DNA of 64,000 nt, from NCBI GenBank assembly GCA_964629685.1, contig CAZVTT010000003.1, positions 22,038 to 86,037 of the forward strand, read 5' to 3'. Numbering within the stretch: the first letter of the stretch is position 1; each line of letters begins with the position of its first letter. Made by a program: the position numbers and the translations under genes. The notes beneath the pieces were generated by a model. The model worked only from the letters and a program-made list of their open reading frames with translations, had not been told where the DNA came from and did no database searches. Shown here in pieces: positions 57,880-64,000 of the stretch. This DNA comes from an uncultured Gammaproteobacteria bacterium (GTDB taxonomy: Bacteria; Patescibacteriota; Microgenomatia; UBA10105; UBA927).

Positions 57880-58623
57880 ATGGAGGCAGATCAAACAAGC
57901 GCAAGCGACGAACAACAACAGTTAAGTTCCCTTATTAAAGTTGCCGCCATCGCCGGTGTAGGCGGATTATTACTTTTAGGCTTCATCGTTATCCAGTACA
58001 GTTTCGCCAAAAAACGTGACGGCACAGTCGTTTTACCCGCAGGTACCACCTATCTGGGTCCGTCAAACTCTCCTACCGATGCTCCGGCTACCAGCGCACC
58101 AGAGCCAGCCGCACCAAAAGTTACTTATCCGGATACCGATAAATGGGTTACCAATAAAGGGAAAAAATATCCGTATACTTTTCAGACGCCGCAAAGCATG
58201 GAACTGGTCACCTTCCCCGACGACATATACGATATATACGCCATTAAATGGGGAAATATATTGCCGCAGTCAAACGTACTCATCGGTGTTGATAATTTAC
58301 GGAACGACGAAAAGAAAAAAGCATACATTAGCGGTTCCAAGCGCACCTATGTAAACGAATGGTGGAAACAATTTTCCGGACTCAAGGGTGTCAGCTCCAT
58401 CGAAGAATTCGTCAACAGTAAAGGGTTAAAAGGCTACCGGGTAAAATACCTGAACGGTTCCGGTCAATCTCCCAACGACGATATTTTCTTTGAAATTCAG
58501 GGCAAACCGGAATACGTTATCCATCTGGCGAGCGGTATTCTGGACATAGACCTTTTCAATAAAATAGTAGATACGGTTGGTTGGCCAGGAGCAGCAGCAC
58601 CTACCGCAGAACCTACACCATAA
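57880..58623 (+). CDS. Membrane-anchored secreted hypothetical protein
   Basis: 247 aa. TM VAAIAGVGGLLLLGFIVIQY. Pro/Ala/Ser linker PSNSPTDAPATSAPEPAAP. Confidence 0.5.
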   Translation: MEADQTSASDEQQQLSSLIKVAAIAGVGGLLLLGFIVIQYSFAKKRDGTVVLPAGTTYLGPSNSPTDAPATSAPEPAAPKVTYPDTDKWVTNKGKKYPYTFQTPQSMELVTFPDDIYDIYAIKWGNILPQSNVLIGVDNLRNDEKKKAYISGSKRTYVNEWWKQFSGLKGVSSIEEFVNSKGLKGYRVKYLNGSGQSPNDDIFFEIQGKPEYVIHLASGILDIDLFNKIVDTVGWPGAAAPTAEPTP

Positions 58624-58696
58624 TGTTCATTTCAGGCCAAACTCCAGAACTCCCGACGCTTAACCGGTAATTTATCATTCATGCCATAATACATAC

Positions 58697-60310
58697 ATGG
58701 AACTGTTGTTCACTGCCGGAATAATCGGTATCGCCGCCGTTGTAAATATCCTGAACTTTATTGTCGGCATGCGGAATACCCCGCCGGGAAATATTTTTCT
58801 GGGTACCATCCACCACCCGCAGGATTATTTTTATTACCTCTCCCAATTCGTTCAGGGAAATACCCATTGGTTTTTGAGTCGTAATTTGTATACCAACGAC
58901 TTTCCTACCGCTACCGCCGTTGGGTGGGTAAACGTACTTATGGGAAAAATTCTTGGTTGGTTTGGACTTACCTACCAATGGTCGTATGCTGCCGCAGTAA
59001 TCATCACCACCATTGTTTTTCTTAGTACCGTCACCTATTTCATACGTATCGCGCTGCCGCAAAAATCAGCCGCGTTCAGCCGTTGGTTGGCACTTTTGTT
59101 TTTTTTGATCAGCAATACGGTTCCTACGTCTCTCTTCGGCGCATCAACAGGAGCCCATACGTACTGGAATAATTACGGTGAACCGTTTGTCCGGTTGGGT
59201 GGCGTACCCCATCACCTGCTGATGCATACCATGGTAGTGCTCTGTCTGTTGTGTACGGCTTTACTCATCAAAGCCCGCACACCCCGCAGCATTATCGGAC
59301 AGAGCATTGCCTTGGCTGCAGCAACATTTACCCTGGCCGGAATAAATCCGGTGCAGTGGGTTTGGACCGGAGCTGCCATCGGTATTACCGTTACCGGTGT
59401 TACTGCATTTACCCTTTTCCGGCATCGCGCCCACCTCCGTAGTGTCGTTAAACATCTCCTCCTCACCATGCTGCCGATTTGTATTGTGCTTATGGCCGGA
59501 TTACCCATGGCCGTGTACCTGAAACAATTATTTTCGCTATCACCGTATACCCAGCTCAGTGCCTGGGAATTTACCCAGAACATAAAACTTACCCTCCCCG
59601 GATTATTGCTTTCAGGGGGTCCCGTAGTGATGTTGGGAATACTCGGAATTCCGATCTTTCTCCGGAACCATACCCTTCCACGGATACTGGTGTTTGTCTA
59701 CGCCTTGGGATCGCTTACTGTGTTTCTGTCGCCTTTACCCCAGGCGATGCACCTCAGTAATGTCAGATTTGTTTCCGGCATCACCATTCTGTTTTTTGCC
59801 CTGTCAGCAGCGGAATTAAGCACGCAACTACTCCATCGGCGCGAAAAGCTCGTACACATTCCTGCAGGAATACTGGTTGCCGCCATCATTATTACCTGTC
59901 TCATACCGTTGCGGGCACAGATACAGGACAGAATTACGCTTGATCCCAAAAATGCTTTCCTGTATGTCCCGACTGCCGTTATGCAGGGATACGCGGAAGT
60001 TATCAGGCAAACGCCACCGGATGCCACCATCCTGGTCTTCTGGCCGTTTGAAGCATCTTTACCGGCATTTACCGGCAGACAAATCTATTTCGGTCATCCG
60101 TTACTTACCAGCGATTTTGACCGGAAAAGCGGTGAAGCATATTTCTTTATAGACAAGCGCATGACACAGGAAGAAATGGCAGACTTTCTGAAACGGAACC
60201 GCATTGGCTATTTATTCGGATTCAATAATACGATTCCCCCGCAGCCGCTCTATGACATACTCTACAAAAACGAACTCATCTCCCTCTACAAAGTCCGCCC
60301 GATTCACTAG
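58697..60310 (+). CDS. Polytopic membrane protein, C-terminal YxFYG family (GT-C-like)
   Basis: 537 aa with more than 12 TM helices. C-terminus MTQEEMADFLKRNRIGYLFGFNNT..LYDILYKNELISLYKVRPI. Confidence 0.5.
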   Translation: MELLFTAGIIGIAAVVNILNFIVGMRNTPPGNIFLGTIHHPQDYFYYLSQFVQGNTHWFLSRNLYTNDFPTATAVGWVNVLMGKILGWFGLTYQWSYAAAVIITTIVFLSTVTYFIRIALPQKSAAFSRWLALLFFLISNTVPTSLFGASTGAHTYWNNYGEPFVRLGGVPHHLLMHTMVVLCLLCTALLIKARTPRSIIGQSIALAAATFTLAGINPVQWVWTGAAIGITVTGVTAFTLFRHRAHLRSVVKHLLLTMLPICIVLMAGLPMAVYLKQLFSLSPYTQLSAWEFTQNIKLTLPGLLLSGGPVVMLGILGIPIFLRNHTLPRILVFVYALGSLTVFLSPLPQAMHLSNVRFVSGITILFFALSAAELSTQLLHRREKLVHIPAGILVAAIIITCLIPLRAQIQDRITLDPKNAFLYVPTAVMQGYAEVIRQTPPDATILVFWPFEASLPAFTGRQIYFGHPLLTSDFDRKSGEAYFFIDKRMTQEEMADFLKRNRIGYLFGFNNTIPPQPLYDILYKNELISLYKVRPIH

Positions 60311-60312
60311 TA

Positions 60313-61908
60313 CTATTCCGCACAGCGGTATGCGTAATCCACCGCATAAATGGTGGTACTGCCGAATGATTTAAAGGGTTTTAAGAACGGATACGATCCC
60401 ACCGCTATGCCGGCAGTCTGTTCGTCAAACCCGTAAAATACACCAGCAAATTTGTTGGCTTTCAGCAGGTCGTATGCTTCGCATGTATCCATACCCCGAA
60501 AAAACGTATAGGCATTTCCGGCTTTCGTTTCGTACTGTAACGTAATAAATTCCCGGCCAAAGTAAACGAATCTACCAGCCAGTCCCGGAATATAGGTACT
60601 GGTAAACTTCATGGCAAATATCGGGCCCGGCGGCAACTCCCGTAACGCCTGCATCCCCTGGCCCCATTCCTGTCTGGGCGCATCATAATCGTTCGCCACG
60701 GGTAACAGCGCATCATATGCAGCGTATGCATTCGGATACCCGATAAAAGTAACCGCCAGTACCATCACCAGGCACACCACTCCTACCGCATGCCCGAAAC
60801 GCGCAACCGCCGCTTCCAACCCTGCTACCGCCAATACTCCCAACGGAATCCAGACGGCGTGCTGCAAAAACCGCACGTTCGATATGGGAATCTGCCGCAG
60901 CAGTGGCCAGGGGATATCCAACGTTCTGCGGGCAATATCTACGGAAAGAATGGATAACCATGCCCACAGCATAAACAGCAAAAGTTCCGGTTTTTTCCGG
61001 ACAACAAATACGCTGCCAAATGCCAATACTACAATCGGTCCCAATGCTAAAAGATACTCTTTCATGGATACCGCAAACGACAGGGATTCGTAGCCTACTT
61101 CTATCGGAAACAGTTCCATCTGGCGTTGAATAAACAACAGTGTTGCCACCGCGGCCACACATACAAAAGTCAGTACCGGGAGCAACCTAAACCGACGTCT
61201 GAGTACTATATATATAGGAAGGATCATCAGGAGAATTACCACGCTTGGGGGATGAATAATTCCTCCGGCTATTACTAGCGGTACTGCACCCAGTAACCAT
61301 TTGCCAGAACGGGTACGCGTACACTGTAACGTCAACAGTACCACCGCTACTACGACCATATGACCCAGCACATGGTGCGGTAAAAAGTATGCCCGGTGAA
61401 TCGGATCCAGTTCCGTCCACCAACTCATGTACCACTGTGTTGTCCACCCATTTCCCGCCTTCACCACATTCGGAATACTCGTGCTAAAAAGAAATGTGCC
61501 GAACGCGAGTATCCGCCACTGCCATCGTTTAAACATAAACGCCGCCAGCGCATATAACAAAACAAACCAGGAAATACCCACCAGGAGGGTGGCTGCGTGA
61601 TACACCACTTGGGCATCGGTTATACCGAAAAATCTTCCCACTTGGCCAAAGCACAAAAATATCCAGTAAAAGACTGTCCCCGACTGCGGTTCAATCGCAA
61701 ATGAATTCTGGACCAACCAGTTACCGTTTAATCCCTGCTGTATGTAATCCAAATACACGGGATAATCGCTTCTGCTGTTATGTATGGCCAAAAAAACTCT
61801 GTCTGCCGGCCTATGAATCCACCGGTTTACCCACGGAGCGTAGTGGATCACGGTAATCGCTAAAACCATGGTAAGTACTAACAGTAGTTCTCTGCGGCGG
61901 ATAGGCAT
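60313..61908 (-). CDS. Polytopic membrane protein, C-terminal YxFYG family (GT-C-like)
   Basis: 531 aa with more than 12 TM helices. C-terminus CEAYDLLKANKFAGVFYGFDEQTAG..YPFLKPFKSFGSTTIYAVDY. Convergent with 58697. Confidence 0.5.
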   Translation of the reverse strand: MPIRRRELLLVLTMVLAITVIHYAPWVNRWIHRPADRVFLAIHNSRSDYPVYLDYIQQGLNGNWLVQNSFAIEPQSGTVFYWIFLCFGQVGRFFGITDAQVVYHAATLLVGISWFVLLYALAAFMFKRWQWRILAFGTFLFSTSIPNVVKAGNGWTTQWYMSWWTELDPIHRAYFLPHHVLGHMVVVAVVLLTLQCTRTRSGKWLLGAVPLVIAGGIIHPPSVVILLMILPIYIVLRRRFRLLPVLTFVCVAAVATLLFIQRQMELFPIEVGYESLSFAVSMKEYLLALGPIVVLAFGSVFVVRKKPELLLFMLWAWLSILSVDIARRTLDIPWPLLRQIPISNVRFLQHAVWIPLGVLAVAGLEAAVARFGHAVGVVCLVMVLAVTFIGYPNAYAAYDALLPVANDYDAPRQEWGQGMQALRELPPGPIFAMKFTSTYIPGLAGRFVYFGREFITLQYETKAGNAYTFFRGMDTCEAYDLLKANKFAGVFYGFDEQTAGIAVGSYPFLKPFKSFGSTTIYAVDYAYRCAE

Positions 61909-62025
61909 ACTTCACTATCGTACCATCCGAACACGGATCTTCCCACCACACGTCAGAACGCCCGCAGTCTTATGTACAATACCTGCGGTATTTAGTATAA
62001 GTAAGTGCATTGGTTGAGTTCTTAT

Positions 62026-62766
62026 ATGAAGGTAGGAATTATTATCCCCGTCCGGCGGGAAGAACAGAATATTGTTCGTACGCTTACGGAAATAAGTAGC
62101 CGGACAAAAATTAACCACACGATTTACGTGGTGGACGACAGTGTGGACGCAACAGACAAAACCCCCGCCGTAGTTGCCAAATACAGCCGTACCCACAAAC
62201 AGGTGCGGTTAATCCGGAAGCAAAAAAAAGATCCCTCAGGTTTTGCCCCGGCACTTTTCCGCGGACTGGTTGCCGCCAGGGAACCGTATATTCTTTTTGT
62301 AATGGCAGATTGTTGTGACGAGCCGGAAACGATAGCAGCCATGACGGAAAAAATGCAGGAAGGGTATCACGTTGTCTGCGGTTCCCGTTATATGCGCGGC
62401 GGAAAAAAATCCGGCGGTCCGGCTGTTCAGAACTTTTTTTCCACACTGGTAAATCTTACATTAAAATGTATTGCAAACCTCCCGACTCACGACGCTACCA
62501 ATTCTTTTAAGCTCATCAACCGACAAGTATTATTGAAACATTACCGCGAAATGTATTCTCCGGGATTTGAAATTTCCCTGGAGATCCTGCTTCGGTTATA
62601 CTTTCATGGATACCGTATTGCGGAAGTCCCGACACACTGGCGTGGCAGGACAATTGGTCTTTCCAAATTTAAAATTGCCGAACGCACGCCAAAGTACGGA
62701 CGTTTGTATCTGTTTGCTCTCTCCAAGCAGCTGGAGAAAATTACCCGCCCATCGTCTGCATCATAG
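62026..62766 (+). CDS. Family 2 glycosyltransferase (Dpm1-like)
   Basis: The track ORF starts at a GTG at 62005. ATG at 62026 (MKVGIIIPVRREEQNI). VVDDSVDATD. Acidic motif MADCCDEPE. Confidence 0.65.
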   Translation: MKVGIIIPVRREEQNIVRTLTEISSRTKINHTIYVVDDSVDATDKTPAVVAKYSRTHKQVRLIRKQKKDPSGFAPALFRGLVAAREPYILFVMADCCDEPETIAAMTEKMQEGYHVVCGSRYMRGGKKSGGPAVQNFFSTLVNLTLKCIANLPTHDATNSFKLINRQVLLKHYREMYSPGFEISLEILLRLYFHGYRIAEVPTHWRGRTIGLSKFKIAERTPKYGRLYLFALSKQLEKITRPSSAS

Positions 62767-62871
62767 TGGTAGAACACGTAGCAGCTTTTTGTATTGCACT
62801 GGTTAACGGACTATCCGTCTGGCATTATCCGGCGGAACGGGTAGTCAAATATCTTCCGTTCATTCCGGCTA

Positions 62872-64000
62872 TGCTACTCCTATGGTATTTTTACCGACTT
62901 GTTACCGGACAATCCGTCAGGCCGGTAGCCACCACTCCCCGACCCCGTTTGGTTTCAATGGGAATCTGGTTAGTCATTTGCTGCATTACCATGCTGGCTT
63001 TCGGACTGCGCGCATATCACCGCGGTGTGCAACCATACTGGTGGGACGAACTTCTCACGGTCTGGGTCAGTGAAGCACCCATTCCGATCCTGCTCCGTAC
63101 ATTAAATGCTGCTACATCCAATGCAACAGACTTAAACCCTCCGTTGTTTTACCTGTTAACACACCTGTGGATGAATGTATCATCACCGAAAGAAGGAGAT
63201 GTCCGACTGCTCAGTGCCGTTATCGGCGCGCTTACCGTACCCGTCATCGTCCTGTTGGGAGAAACGTTATTCTCGCTCACCGTGGGATTGGCTGCCGGAG
63301 TGTTATTTGCCCTGTCACCACTCGCCATTTACTACGGCTTTCAGACCAGAAATTATTCCCTGCTTACATTCCTGGCAGCGGCCTCGGCACTCACCTGGTA
63401 CCGGCTCTGGAAGCAACCGGACAGACGTCGGGCTGTTGCTGTTCTGGTGGTAAATACCGCCGTACTCTTTACGCACTATGCCGGTATTTGGTTTACGGGC
63501 AGCATGGTTTTGGCCACCGGGCTGCAGTTGGCACGCGGAATCCGCAGTGTAGTACTACCCCGCACAGATCGTCTGTTTTCATTTCTGCGATTATGTACCG
63601 GGTTTATCGGATTATTTGTGTTAGGCATATTAGCCTTCCGTATGTTTCCGTCACTGTATCATCGTGGTATTGTCTGGGGAATTTCACCGTGGACAGTTAC
63701 CTTATTTCTCCCGCTCGCAATCCTACTGGCTACAGTACTCCCGCCGCTTACCGTACAAAACACACCCAAATTCCGACCGCTGCTCCTTGCCGTTATCGCC
63801 ATCGGTATCGGCTTTCTGGTAAGCTTTGCCCCCTGGTTTATATCCACGGGAGTATGGAAAACGGTTGCCGATCAGGGAAAAGAAAAGCTGACCTCGGAAC
63901 TCTTCTTTACGCATCTCAGTCAACTGGCAGGACTATATGATTCCCAAAACGTCAGGGCAGGGCCCAGTATGTTCAGTATCTGGATTTTTCTGGTGGCTGC
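62872..64000 (+). CDS. GT-C glycosyltransferase, PMT/ArnT-like; 5' partial, continues beyond the window
   Basis: The frame is open to the window end, so it is absent from the ORF track. TM1 MGIWLVICCITMLAFGLRAY is followed by the loop motif HRGVQPYWWDELLTVW, typical of GT39/ArnT. Many TM helices follow. Start uncertain: a Met at about 62872 or 62958. Confidence 0.45.

Noticed and set aside
62700-62880. Possible fusion of the GT2 gene 62005..62766 with the downstream GT-C gene
   Set aside because: When I read the printed text by hand, the GT2 stop came out 1 nt off and the frame seemed to run on. The ORF track reports a stop at 62764..62766, and my hand count near here disagrees with track coordinates by +/-1 nt. 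I treat this as my counting error and keep two genes. Aligned reads or a re-translation would settle it.

Overview
This 64-kb window comes from a bacterial genome with about 45-50% GC in which almost no gene is preceded by a Shine-Dalgarno sequence; several genes have a TATAAT -10 box only 6-15 nt upstream of the ATG. The window is an envelope/glycosylation island. The most striking content is 14 paralogs of an unrecognised, secreted or membrane-anchored Cys/His-rich repeat protein family, here called CH family, with recurring motifs C-H-D-x-x-H, C-x-[FY]-G-[FC]-[FY]-H-G-F and C-[FY]-H-G-[IL]-G-H-G. Eleven of them lie in one 15.6-kb co-directional minus-strand array (62..15667) with gaps of 1-70 nt or short overlaps, interrupted by one polytopic membrane gene; three more sit nearby (20996, 27140, 29961). 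Four array members carry an N-terminal cupredoxin_1-like domain in which the type-1 copper Cys/His/Met ligands are replaced by HPxH and YHDH. Around and after the array are at least ten large polytopic membrane proteins with GT-C-like architecture. Three of these carry a PMT/ArnT-style WDEP or WWDE first-loop motif, and four share a conserved C-terminal Y-x-F-Y-G-x-[DE]-E tail. There are also five GT2 glycosyltransferases and a nucleotide-sugar module (UDP-sugar 6-dehydrogenase, DegT-type aminotransferase, hexapeptide acetyltransferase, two NAD epimerase/dehydratases). Other notable items are an O-antigen-ligase-like protein with TPR repeats, a class II Fic protein in an AT-rich islet, and a secreted protein that ends in a Hint (bacterial intein-like) domain directly after a Tyr/Gly-rich tandem repeat. 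A modular intergenic repeat with 14-bp terminal inverted repeats occurs at four loci, and a strong GC-rich hairpin sits between the acetyltransferase and aminotransferase genes. No rRNA, tRNA or CRISPR was recognised. Coordinates follow the ORF track. Starts I moved are arithmetic from track coordinates. Features I placed by eye (repeats, promoters, the last partial gene) may be off by 1-2 nt.
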